DNA from: Narcine bancroftii
Taxonomy: Eukaryota
NCBI RefSeq assembly: GCF_036971445.1
Contig: NC_091477.1
Span: 119,970,001 to 120,034,000 of the forward strand
DNA length: 64,000 nucleotides
Reading direction: 5' to 3'
This document shows, piece after piece, positions 38,463-51,140 of the stretch; position 1 is the stretch's first letter; each line of letters begins with the position of its first letter. The notes under the pieces were generated by a model. It was given only the letters and a program-made list of their open reading frames with translations. It was not told where the DNA came from and did not search any database. The translations under genes were made by a program, and so were the position numbers.

Positions 38463-39132
38463 CCCCTTTGCAGGCTTGCTAATGTCAATTGGGTAAACGG
38501 ATGATTTAACATTGCAGGTCAACAAATTTGAACAAATTAGTGCGGCATTAATTACTGAGGCATTCATTACACAGGAGAATAAATAACTGGGGAACGTACA
38601 TTGTATCATCAATGTCTCGATGGGTAAAGACATTTGGGAGGTTGCCTCTAAATTGGGTTTTTAAATCTCATGAAGTAAGATGCGAGGCTCCTCCCGTCTC
38701 ACCTTCAATTGAATACTTTGAAATAGACTTTTGATGGGTAAAGATATGAAGAATTAGGAAAGGTTGGCATTGAACAGAACAATAGAAACAATTTAAGTGC
38801 TGAAACAAGTTCAAGGCCTATTCCACTTCTCCAAATCTTTTGCCTTAATCTCAATCTCAGTAAGAGAACTGATTCAGAATAGTCTCGCTAAGATCAACAA
38901 ACACATGGAGAATTTTGTTTTCTTGGTCAAAATACTGGGAACCACAGTTGGATTAATTTGCCATCAGAGATATCCTGTTGCAACTCAACATGATGCTGGT
39001 GAGACTTGGAATGTTTTACACAGTTCTGATCACTCAGCTCCAGGAAAGGTGTCATTAACCTGGAAAGGAATGATACGGTTAATTTGCAACGCAAGATTCA
39101 AGATTTTATTGTCATGTAATAAAAATGTAATA

Positions 39133-39971
39133 CAGGTACAGAACTTTTTCTATAAAACCTTTGGGATAAGACAATTCAGAATTTTTCAGACAAAAGAATA
39201 TTATTAAGAGCAGTACATTAAGTAATTTTGCTCATTTCAGATTCATACAAAAGAAAGACACACTCCAACTAGAAGAGTCTCTGGATGGGGGATTGCGGTA
39301 ATGGTGATGGACTCGGGAGGGGGGGTTGTGGTGGCAGCACTCGACAGTGGTGCTTGCAGCGGCCATCCGAGTTCCCGACATCCCGACTGTGGGCCCTCGC
39401 CCCAACGGTCCGCCGACTGTAGCTCCTGCTGTCCCAGCCACCCACCTACAGGTGGTCCCGGAGCACCTCACCCCAGCCGTCTGCCCACTGGAGCTTCTGA
39501 CACCTCAGCAGCCCACCCATCCGAACTCCCCAGTGCAGATTCTCACCCTGACGCCTGCCCACGTGAACCCACGATGTCCTAGCTGCCCAACTATCTGAAC
39601 CCCCTGACGCCCCGGCTGCGGGCCCATCCAAACTCCCAACCCTGGATACTTGCCCCAGCTTACTGCCCATCTGAGCTCGAAATTTGGACACTGGATGGGG
39701 GGGGGGGAGGGTCCGTACTTTGAGCCATCTTCGACAAATCGGGCATCTATAAATGGCGAATCAGAGGCGCTGGACTCTGTTTTTCCACTGGCACCTATAA
39801 AGCAAGGATTCCCTAAGGTTCCACTAATTTCCAACATGGGATATTGAAGCGCATGTCATATCAGGCTATGTTTGGTGCCAAATGCGAGCTTTGGTGTGCA
39901 GACAACAGCCATGGAAAAAATGTTCAGTTTTCAGGGGTTTTCAGAATTTCAGATAGAAGATTACTTACCTG
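39133..39971. mobile_element. Tc1/mariner (Tigger-like) non-autonomous DNA element nested in a retroposon
   Basis: TA|CAGGTA...TACCTG|TA termini with TA duplication; interrupts a retroposon copy (39091-39130 and 39972-40120). Confidence 0.65.
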
Positions 39972-40320
39972 TATTCACAAAATCTGCTTTAGTCTGCTGT
40001 AAGGCAAACAAAGAGTCACCATTAATATTGCCTGATGTCCTTTCCAGCAAGAAAAATAGAAGAAAAAGAGAGTCCTTTCACAGATATTGAGTGTCATGGA
40101 TTTGCCTCCAGCTCTCCAACAAGGAGAGGCTGCATCAAATAGCCCTGAATACATTGGAAAATAAGAGAAGATTCATTGATAAAACAAAATGGGCAGGGCT
40201 TGACAAGCTGGCTGTAGCAAGTATGAATACCTGGCTACCAATGTGAAACAGTAGAGTACAGGAGAGGTTTCTTCACACAGAGATGGTGAACCTGTGTAAT
40301 TCATGTCCAAAGAGGGTTCT

Positions 40321-40955
40321 TTTTTTTTTTATTTATTTTTTTCACACCATAAATCACATTAGCCATGATACACACTTTTTCTTTTTCACACATATACAGT
40401 GACTTTTTCTCCCCCACCCCCCCACCCCCCACCCCTCTCATCCATTTTAGGTATACAATCTAGGTTGCATTAAACCAGTCAGACAATGTTGTCATTCAAC
40501 AAAAATACACCAGAAATTCTACTGAGTCCATTCTTTTCTTTCCTTCTCCTTCCATCAACTTAGGTAATGTTTGTCCCCGGTAGGTTTTCGCTGTTGTATT
40601 TAATGTAAGGCTCCCATACTTGTTCGAATATTTCAATATTATTTCTTAAACTATATGTTATTTTTTCTAATGGAATACATTTATTCATTTCTATATACCA
40701 TTGTTGTATTTTCAAATTCTCTTCCAATTTCCAGGTTGACATAATACATTTTTTTGCCACGGCTAGGGCTATCTTAACAAATCTTTTTTGTGCATCCTCC
40801 AAATCAATTCCAAATTCTTTGTTTTTTATGTTACTTAGGAGAAAGATCTCTGGATTCTTTGGTATATTGTTTTCTGTTATTTTATTTAATATCTGATTGA
40901 GATCATCCCAAAATTTTTCTACTCTCTCACATGTCCAGATTGCATGAATTGTTGT
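40321..40955 (-). mobile_element. Young 5'-truncated L1 with poly(A) tail and 17-bp TSD
   Basis: TSD tgtccaaagagggttct at 40304-40320 and 40956-40972; poly-T on +; intact ORF2 C-terminus (40560..40802, KKCIMSTWK...WEPYIKY). Confidence 0.9.
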
Positions 40956-41099
40956 TGTCCAAAGAGGGTTCTGATGGTTAAATCACCGATTATATTTTTG
41001 GAGGCTGAATTCTAGATGTAAAAGGCATCAAGAAGCAAGGGGAGTGCAGACATAAGACATTGAAGTGAAGGATAAGGCAAAATTAGATTGATAATGATG

Positions 41100-42990
41100 A
41101 AAGTTTATTGTCATGTACACCATTGCAATGTACATATGCATTGAAATTCTTACTTGGTGCAGCAAGATGCATCAACTATGATGGTATACATTAAGTTACC
41201 ACACTATTCCAAAACATTAAAAGATACAATAAAGGATGAGTAAATACTCAGTTACAGTTAATGCATGAAAAAAAAAAGTTTAAATAGTGTAGGTAGTCTG
41301 TTGGAGGTTCCGGAGCAGTTTATGGTTATGTAGTATGGAACGGTTCAAGAGGCCGATAGCCTTTGGAGCAAAAATGTTCATGAACCTAGAGGTGCTGGAC
41401 TTCAGGCTTCTGACCTGGGCGAAGGAGATCCTTTATGATGTTGGCTGCCTTCTTCAGGTCGGTGCCCACAAGGAACTTGGCTAGGTCTGCCACCTTCTGA
41501 AGCCTTCTGCACTCCTGGGCACTCACATGTATAGGCCAGGCTGTAATGCAACCAGTTAGCTCACTTTCTACCAAAAGGCAGCACGGTTAGCTGATACCGC
41601 AATGCTGTTACAGTGCTAGCAACGTGGGTTCAAATCTGGTGCTGCCTGCAAGTTGCTTTTTCATTCTCCCTGTGTCTGCAAGGGTTTCCTCCGGGTGCTC
41701 CAGTTTGGTGGCACAGGTTCAAAGGTCAGAATCAGCTTCTCCTATGTTGTAAATAAAATGAAACTGCAGAAATCTGATAAGAGTATTTGACAACATGCCC
41801 AATCTCCTCAAACATCTGCAAAAGTGGAGGTGCTGGTGTTACCTTGTGACATGCTACACTTCTGATGAGAAATTCCAGGAACTTGAAGATAGTAACCCTT
41901 CATCACTGCTGCCCATAAATGAAGGCAGGTGCTTGTTCCCTCATCCTCCCTACCCTAAAGTCCATGATACGTTCTTTGGTCTTGCTGATGTTGAAAGCAA
42001 GATTGTTAGCTGAAAGCTTCATCATCATGTCAGAGCTTTGGATCTGGAGGTCGGGTTACCAATGAATCAAACAGGAGTCTGTGTGGCTGGAGGCAAATTC
42101 ACAGACACTTGTGACTCTCTTTTGCTTCTCTTGCTCTCTTACTGTAAAAGGGCACCAGGCAATTTCAATGGCAACTTTTTGTCTGCCTTACCGCAGGCAA
42201 AGGTATGTTAGGTATATACGTGGACTTTTACCCCCTCCGTAAATCTTCGTCCGCGAAGCCAAGCCAAAGAACTTGACAAGAAAGGGAACCTTCAATGGAG
42301 CAATGGAATAACCTTGAGGTTCCTGTGCTGATGGACAGGAGGTGGTGCTGCAAGTCCACACTGATTGGGGTCTGTTGATGAATAAAATGAGGATCCAGAT
42401 GCAAAGAACCCCAGATCCCCATGTCTGATTATTCGATTTGCAGGTATGTTGAACAGCAAACTGCAATCAATGAACAACATCCTTATATAGGTGTTCCTCT
42501 GGTCCAAGTGATCTAATGCAGAGTTGGGGGAGGGGGTGGAAAACAGTTAAATGGTATCTACAACCCCCATACATTTGGTCTGTTGTGACAAAAGGTAATT
42601 TGAAGTGGGTCCAGGTCCTTCCTTAGATAGTTGATTTGCGCCACAATTAACCTCTCAGAGCACTTCATGCTGGTAGACTTAAGTGCCACTGGCCGATTGC
42701 CATTAAGGCAGGTCATCTTGGACCCTGGTAAAATGGAATCTCCTGTTGAAGAGGGCAAGATTCTCACACAACAGCAGCAAGAGGTTAAAGAAGTTTGCAA
42801 TAATTCCAACCAGTTCACTCAGATTTTATGGGCACGGCCAGGTGAATCGTCTGGGCCATATGCTTTCAGAGGATTTCGAAAGGTTCATTTCACATCAGTG
42901 TCAAACTGTGAGCACAGAGTTACGAGCAACTGTGGGGGCTCAGTAGTGTACATCATAATTTTCCCTTTCGAAGTCAGCAATAAAAGGCTT
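41100..42990 (-). mobile_element. Degraded Rex1/Babar-type LINE with nested SINE, retroposon and RTE pieces
   Basis: RT remnants MTCLNGNRPVALKSTSMKCSERL, DPLQ, YIRMLFIDCS, VESELTGCITAW. Confidence 0.75.
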
Positions 42991-44967
42991 TGAGCTTGAA
43001 GATAGTAACCCTTCATCACTGCTCTCCCATAAATGAAGAGGCATATCACAGTTTACGATACTACCTTACTTTGCCTTATTGGATATGTTGACATGCAAAC
43101 CCTGCCACAGTGTCCGTATGAGACTCTAGCTTGGTCCAGAATTGCATTTTTGCATTGATGATGGCCTTCTAGAGGTTGTACCACCATGTGTCTGAATCAC
43201 CAGATCTGTGCGCCACAGAGCTGGTCTTCAACAGGTTGCACATCTCTTGGCTCATCCGTAATCTCTGGAGAGGGTGTACTTGGATAATCTTAAATTGGAA
43301 TACAAGCACCCAAGTATATTGGAAGATCTATTACCCTTCCTATCACAACAATAAGTATTGCTGTACCTTACCTTTTGAATATAAAAGTGGCATAAGAGCA
43401 TGATGTGTACGTCCACTGCTAATATTTCCTACGTGCATGAAATTATTAAATTTAGCCTTTCCACCCCCGAGCCTATGAACCCCAATGAGCCAATTGACCT
43501 ACAACCCCCATACATTTTTGAAGGGTGGGACGAATCCAGAACAACAGGAAGAAACGCATGGAGGTGACGGAAAAGAACATAAAAAATTCTTTACAGTCAG
43601 TGGCTGATTCGAACCTGGGTCGCTGGTGCTGTGATATTGTTGTACTAACCACCGTATGGTGTCTTCGATTTCTCTCTCTCTTTAGAATTTTTTCAGATGC
43701 TCCAAACCTTTCAGACCAGCAAAAGTTAAATACAATTAATTAAGTAAAAACCTGGCAAATACATAATGGTGATCATAAGACATAAGTACAGGTGCTTCAC
43801 CCACAATATTGTATCAACTTGTGTAAACCAACTCCACAACGATTTAATCCTTCCTTACCATACGTCCATAAACCTCTATTTTTCTTACATCCATATTCAC
43901 AGCTAAGAGTCCTTTATATATCCCTTTTGTACCAGCCTCCATTACTGCCCCTGACAAGGCACACCAGATACTCAACACTCTCTGTGTAAAAGAACCCCAC
44001 CTCTGACATCTCTCCAAAACTCCACTCATCTTAAACAGGTGTCCTCTGGTATCTGTTATTGGCACCTCAAAAAAAATGCTGGCTGCCTGGCCTATCTTAA
44101 GTGCTTCAAAATCTTATATACTTCTGTTAAATTTCCCCTCGTTCTTCTTTGCCCCAAAGACAAAGGCCTTAGCTCTGTTAACCTTTCACATCACCTATGA
44201 GATTACAGAATTGTCAAAAAAAGAATGTTTGATCATTAATGACCTTTATTCACGATTCTTTTATGTCATGTAATAAAACAGAAAATGTAATATTGAATGA
44301 AATTTTCTTTAGTTTGCCATAAGGAAGACAGAGTTACCATTAGTATTGCCTGTTGCCCCTTACAGAAGCAAAAGAAAGTCCCCTCAGAGTTACTGACTGT
44401 CCGTAGATTTGCCTCCAGTGCTTCTGCAGCCTCGAAGACACACAGACCCGTTTGAGCTATTTGGCAAACTCAAGCTCCAAATCCAAACCTCTGATATGAT
44501 CAGGAAGAATTCAGTATTCAAGGTGCTTTGGGGGCTCTTCTTGCCTTGGTATCTTCTCAAATCCTGGCTCTGATCCCTGATTCCCATGAACTAGTAATCC
44601 TGCAGCCTGTATGAGTCCTTCAATCACACAGCCCTTTGATGGTCCATGGCCATGGTCACCATCCTGTGGGGTTATCTCCCATGCTTCTCCTTCTCAATGG
44701 CGAGTATTCTCCACCTTTCAGCTGCCCTGAGCCAGTCCACTGCTTTCCCAGAGTCTACAACCTCTCGAGGTCACTGCGCTGTCATCCAGTTCCAGGATAT
44801 TAAATCAGCTCCTTTGACAGGCCATTTGAAGTTGTGCAGAAGCCATCAGCAGCGGAGCCAGGCAGATGGACCCTGTAGAGCAGCAATGTGTATCTCCCCC
44901 AACATCCCCCTCCCCACCCGTTCTCTCAGGTCCACGCCAGCAGTAGCATGGCTCAGCAGCGCCACCA

Positions 44968-45280
44968 TTTTTTTCTCTTTGTTTTTATTGAGTTTTATAG
45001 AACAACACATTGTATAGAGAACACAAGGTTTCCAAATATGAAGAATATAAATACATTTCCAAAATATTTAAAAAAAATGATGCACCTCTTCCCTTACAAT
45101 GTCAGAATGACAAAAGAACTCTTATCCCCATCGGAAAATAAACCCGGGATGTTTTGACATAAAATTAAACGTGGTATAGTTCTTCTGAATCCATAAATCA
45201 TTACTAACTGAGGGAAAAAACATGTACTTAAATAAATACATTCAATGATCAATACAAACAGATTTAATAAGAATGTGTCA
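44968..45280 (-). mobile_element. L1 3' UTR fragment (same family as 27195-27885)
   Basis: tttttattgagttttatagaaca..cattgtatagagaac matches the reverse complement of 27825-27875. Confidence 0.75.
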
Positions 45281-46170
45281 TTTGTCATCGTCACCTCGTC
45301 TGGCCTATTTACAACTTCAGGTTCGACAAGGTGCTTTGATTTTTTAAATGGCTTCTCAAATGGTGTCCTTGGGGATATAGATAAAATTCTGGATTGTGGG
45401 TGACATGGATGTAGATCTTGCAAATACATGTTTAAAATATACTCATTGTCATTTTTCTAGTGACAATTAGAAATTATTTCTTTCTTTTTACATTAAAGTA
45501 CTTCATGGTTTTGTCAAATCCCTGCAAATCTTCTTTGCTCTGAGAAGTGTCCTGACCATTCCAGTCCATGAAATCATCTGATCACTACTGCAAACCACCT
45601 CCACATCTTTTGCAAACCCTGGGCATTGGAACGATCTGTCCTTACAGATGAAGGATTTTCCATTGTCATCTTGCTTTTGGACTTGATTGTTCCATAGGTG
45701 AAACTACGGGCTTCAGGTTTTCTTTTAAAACTTTGGTGTTTCTGAATCGTGTAGGACAGACACCGTTGTTTTTGGTGAACACTTTAAAACTGTTATATTG
45801 TTGTTCCTAATTTTTAATCTATTGAGTTTCTCCAGCACTTCAGCTTATTAGATTCATCTGCCAAGTGTCTCTCTTGACTCTAAATCTGCTTCACATCATC
45901 GATGAACTTTCAAATTATACTGTTTTCCCACATTCAGAACACTTCTAACAGGAAAAATGTCCTCCCACAAATGATTGCTGATAGACCCCCCCACCCCATA
46001 GTTCCTTCTAATTAAGTGTAAATTCCTAACCCTCGACTAACATGATAAGTATAGTTTTAAAAAAACAGATCTGCTGAAGGAACTCAGCAGATCGAGGAGC
46101 ATCAATGGGAAAAAAGTGGTCGATGTTTCTTGCCGGAACTCTTCAAGATGGTAACTGCTGCCCTTGTCCC

Positions 46171-46777
46171 TTTCTTTGGCTTGGCTTCGCGGACGAAGAT
46201 TTATGGAGGGGGTAAAAAGTCCACGTCAGCTGCAGGCTCGTTTGTGGCTGACAAGTCCGATGCGGGACAGGCAGACACGATTGCAGCGGTTGCAAGGGAA
46301 AATTGGTTGGTTGGGGTTGGGTGTTGGGTTTTTCCTCCTTTGCCTTTTGTCAGTGAGGTGGGCTCTGCGGTCTTCTTCAAAGGAGGTTGCTGCCCGCCAA
46401 ACTGTGAGGCGCCAAGATGCACGGTTTGAGGCGTTATCAGTCCACTGGCGGTGGTCAATGTGGCAGGCACCAAGAGATTTCTTTAGGCAGTCCTTGTACC
46501 TTTTCTTTGGTGCACCTCTGTCACGGTGGCCAGTGGAGAGCTCGCCATATAACACGATCTTGGGAAGGCAATGGTCCTCCATTCTGGAGACGTGACCCAT
46601 CCAGCGCAGCTGGATCTTCAGCAGCGTGGACTCGATGCTGTCGACCTCTGCCATCTCGAGTACTTCGACGTTAGGGGTGTAAGCGCTCCAATGGATGTTG
46701 AGGATGGAGCGGAGACAACGCTGGTGGAAGCGTTCCAGGAGCCGTAGGCGGTGCCGGCAGAGGACCCATGATTCGGA
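46171..46777 (-). mobile_element. RTE-clade LINE, 5'-truncated young copy
   Basis: Open ORF 46226..46789 nearly identical to 10298..11104 (LRWMGHVSRM, FPCNRCNRVCLSRIGLVSHKRAC). Confidence 0.92.
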
Positions 46778-46939
46778 ATCTCCAATCAAGCTGCCTGGAT
46801 TTTTTTCAATATTTTCTCAATGTCCACCTGGCTAATTTCAGTAGAAGGTGGGCATAGTAACAATTAAGAGGCATCTGGACAGATACTTGAATGAGCAGAG
46901 CACAGAGGGAAATCATAGAGGCAGGTGAAATTAACATAA

Positions 46940-47590
46940 CCATTCAGCTCCGCACAGTCTTCCACTCTGATTCTCTAAGGGGCCAATTTTATCCTTCATT
47001 CTCCTTTACCATTTACATATTTGTAAAAACCCTTCAAATTTATTTTCACCCTGTTCGCTATAGCCACCTCGTACCTACTTTTCGCTATCCTAATTTCTTT
47101 CTTATGCTTCTTTTTGCAATCCATGTATTTTCCAAGCATCTCACGTATACCTTGTTTCTTATATTTAATATAGGCCTCCCTTTTAATTCAAACCAAATTT
47201 CTAATCTCCCTTGAAAACCACGGCTCTCTCGAACTTTTATCCTAACAGGAGCATAAAGATTTTGCACCCTCAAAATCTCACCTTTAAAAGACCTCCAATT
47301 CTCCTCTACCTCCTTCCCATAAAATAAATCATCCCAAACCACTCCCTGCAAATCCCTCCTCATCTCTTCAAATCTGGTTTCTCTCCACTCAAAACCCTTC
47401 ACCTTTGGACCAGACCTATCCCTTTCCATAATTATGTTGAAACTAATGGATCCACGATCACTGGATCCGAAGTGCATAATTTTACAAATTTTAATCCATC
47501 CAGCCTCTTCACAGAATGTGTTTCCCAATCTATTAGGAAAATTAAAATCTCCCACTAACATAACCCCGTGCTTATGACAAATCTCTGGGA
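46940..47590 (-). mobile_element. CR1 ORF2 endonuclease-region fragment
   Basis: LVGDFNFPN, HFGSSD, FEEMRRDLQGVVW. Confidence 0.7.
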
Positions 47591-48589
47591 TGATGGTCAG
47601 TGTATACCACAGTGCCTGTTGATATATTTCTGGTGGTTAAAAAAAAGTTTATTAAGTTAGTCAAATACTTCTTTTCAATTGCTTTTGCTCCTTGAGATGT
47701 CAAGATCAGATAGATTGCAGAAGAGAGATGATGTGAAATAGGGACTTCCAGAAAATGAGCAGAAAAGTTCCTCTCATTTGGACATTAATTGTACCGAATC
47801 ACAAGAAGTTTTGGAGAAGCAAATCAGGAAAACCAAATGTCCTTAATTGGCAAATCAACAGGGAACAGACCCAAAGTCATTGCATATGATTGAGGTGTGT
47901 CTCGTCAGAAGCAGAATCAAGGTGGTATTAAAGGAGTTCATCAGGAAAAGGAAGGTATGGGAAACAATAAACAAGTGGGGGTATCAGTGAATGTAATGTG
48001 GTCCCCTCAAACTATTTATAATTATGGCCAAGGTTTTGCCAACCTGGTGCCCCAGCTTGCAATCTCCATTTAGGATCTCCCCACACTTGCACATCACTTC
48101 CTGCCAAGGAGGATTTGCTCGTAATCTGAAGCCACCAAGTCTCCAACAATGTAACCCAAGAAGCAGCATTGGTGACAGTGACAAGGCCATGTTGTTATAG
48201 CTCTGACTGTCTGCAAAGCACTGCCAATGGTAAGAGCTGAGTAAATGTTCCTAGTAGAATGAAACCCAAAAAAGTCTGCAGGTGCTGTATTTATAGTAAA
48301 GACACAGAAATGCAAGAAGAACTCAGCTGCTCCCACAGCATCCACCAGAGGTAAAGATATATCACCAACGTTTCAGGCCTGATTCCCAGTGGCTGACTGA
48401 TCAAAAGGATATTTTTCAATGCTGCTACCAACCCGACAGATGAACCAGAGAACATGACAGCACAGAATTATACCTTTTGGCCCATCTAGTCCATGCCAAA
48501 TCATTATTCTGCATAGTCCCATTGACCATGAAGGTTTTAACCTCGGAGTTGCTTCATTTTCATGTCATTTCATCACTATTCCAGAAATT

Positions 48590-50390
48590 AGCTAGTTAAT
48601 AGATGGTTGTCACAGGTTACAACACATGATACAGACAGGATGCAGAGTTGGGAGAAGTGGTAGATGGAGTTCAATCCAGTTAAGTGATGAGCCTTAGAAG
48701 GTCGAACTTGAAGGCAGAGTACATGGCTAATGGCAAGATTCTTAAGTGTTGAGGAATAGGGTGATCTTGGGTCCAGGCCCATGGATTAGTTGATAGGGTG
48801 GTTAAGAAGGCCCGTGATGTGCTGGCCTTCATTAGTCAGGGACTGAGTTCAAGAATCGTGAGGTAATGTTGCAGCTCTATAGAACTCTAGTTACACCACA
48901 GAGTATTGCGACAGATTGTGCTATATCTTATATGTTTTGAAGGAGATAAATTGTGGCAGGATTTTTTTGGTGTAGATCACATACAAGCACTTCAAAATAG
49001 ATCATTTAAAATGCCAGAGCTCTCCTCAAGCCAAACGGTTCAGGTGCTGGGTGTCTTTTCAAAAACTTTGAAGGATGCCTCTATGGACAAGTCGGTGCTA
49101 ATTGGACATGGATTATTGTTTTGGAAAGCAACAGATGAACCAACTCAGAAGATTAGGTCCGGAGCTGCAGTCTGTCTGAGTGCAGTTGGCTGTTCTAAGA
49201 GGGTCATGTGGTTTTCTCTGAGTGAGAGAGAGAGAATTCAGTTCGACAGTTCAGCAGCACCAGCTGGGACTGGAACAGGACAAGCTGGCAAACTTGTGGA
49301 GAAACCCCATTTGGAAGACGGGTTATGAGTGCTTAGCCCTGGTCAAAGCCCTTGTGCTCCATACGAGAGGACTGGTTGCATAATGTTTCACTTGAAATAA
49401 GGGAAACAAAAAGGAACTCTGTGGTGACCTGAAAGAGGTTAACATCTGGAAAACCCTGATGGGGCAAGTTTCTTCAGCAAGACACTGAAGTAGCTGATCA
49501 AAAGGGATTAGTTGTGGGTGCCCAATGAGCAACAAATCTCTCTCTGAAAACCGACAAGAACCTTCCTGAGAGGTAACCAATTACCTTTCAAGCTCCAAAG
49601 CCTGATAAAATTCATATATGTTAAATTCTGTGCCCAGTATAAGAATTGCCTGATACCGGTGAACTTGGAGGAGTGAGAAGTGAGATTGAACTGTGAATCA
49701 AAGATTTTTTTTGAACTTATATACACATTACATACACGTGCACTTAGAATTAGGGGTTTGTTAGGTTAAGTTAATTTAATAGTAATAAGTTAAAAGTTTG
49801 ATCCTGTTTTCATGTTTAAAGTTAACTAAAAGCAACTTTTGTTTAAGTAACCATTTGTCTTGGTGAATTTCTATTGCTGCTGGATTTTGGGGATGTCTGG
49901 GCTCATAACATTATTGTGTTCAATTCTGGTCACCTCATTACAGGAATTATATAGATGCTTTAGAGAGGATGCAGAGATTTTCCACAATGTTGCCTGGATA
50001 GAATACATCTTATGAAGCAAGGTTAACAGGGCTATTGTTTTACTCTTTGGAGTTACAAAGGATGAGAGGTGACTTAATAGATGATGAGGAGCAAAGATAG
50101 GATGGACAGCCAGCACCTTACTCCATGGGACAACAGTAAGAAATACCAGAGTGGAAAAACGTTTCGGGGAGACTTCAAAGGTATATTTTGCACACAGATA
50201 GTAGGGTGTGGAATACATTGGCAGGGGTGGTAGTGGAGACTGGCACAATAGGGATATTCAAAAGATTCTTAGGCACGTGAATTTAAGAAAAATAAAGGTG
50301 TGAGGTTGGGAAGGATTAGATTGCTGTGGAGTAGGTTTACATTGGTTGATACAAGATCATGGGCCAAAGGGCCTATACAGTAGGTTCGTT
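48590..50390 (+). mobile_element. CR1 3' fragment interrupted by a solo LTR
   Basis: gctggccttcattagtcaggg..gagttcaagaatcgtgaggtaatgttgcagctctat; host sequence resumes tgtgttcaattctggtcacc after 49914. Confidence 0.75.
48907..49910 (+). mobile_element. Solo LTR (~1.0 kb; Gypsy or ERV type)
   Basis: TG...CA termini, 4-bp TSD gtat/ttat (one mismatch), clean interruption of a CR1; second partial copy at 22952-23600. Confidence 0.8.
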
Positions 50391-50752
50391 TATTCTTTTA
50401 AAATAATCAAATTTATTCTGCTTTTGGAAAAAGTCACAATTCCTTGTATGATTTTTTAAAACTTTCAGCTTTATCAATTAACTGTGACTTCCATTTTTGT
50501 AAAAATCCCTTTGTAATATTAAGAACAGCAAATGAATACTATGTAAGCAGAATAAGTCATTAAAATATCACACAGAATTACTTGCAGAGATACAGGACCA
50601 AGACATCCTTCCACTTCTTGGGAGGTTGCGAGCACAAAGGAATGAATTCCTCCTTTATCTACATCCCTGGAGCTCTGACAGTTCTGCTTCCTTTACCCAA
50701 GCAGGATTTTTTCCTTTTAAAGAATGGGGAGGGTACATTGAATACTTTAGAG

Positions 50753-51140
50753 CAGTGATTTTCAAACTTCTTCTTTCCATTCACATACCATTTTAAGTAT
50801 TCCCTATGCCATAGGTGCTCCGTGATTAGTAAGGGGTTGCTTAAGATGGTATGTGGGTGGGAAGAAAAAAAGTTTGAAAATCACTGTTTTAATCGTACCT
50901 CATTGACTCGTTATGTGCACGGTTTCATAACTCCAAAGGAAATGGGCCAATGACAATTTTTCTCAAGCAAAATATTTCAGAAACAATTGAGTCTAGAGCA
51001 GTGATTCTCAATCTTCCCCCCCCCCCCCCACCCAACTCACACACCACCTTAAGTAATCTCTTATTAATCACAGAGCACCTATGGCATAGGATTTACTTAA
51101 AGTGGTATGTGAGTGGAAAGAAAACGTTTAAAAACCACTG
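50753..51140. mobile_element. Composite hAT (Charlie-type) MITE made of two inverted ~135-bp subunits
   Basis: CAGTGATTTTCAAAC...GTTTAAAAACCACTG; 8-bp TSD ctttagag/ctttagaa; subunits 50753-50886 and 50999-51140. Confidence 0.85.

Noticed and set aside
39232-39847. Cluster of Pro/Gly-rich ORFs and GC-rich island upstream of gene C
   Set aside because: Lies within a TA-flanked non-autonomous DNA element; low-complexity internal sequence with no recognisable protein
45094-45800. 111-aa minus-strand ORF and adjacent coding-like sequence
   Set aside because: Half the ORF is L1 3' UTR; no recognisable domain or convincing splice sites in the remainder
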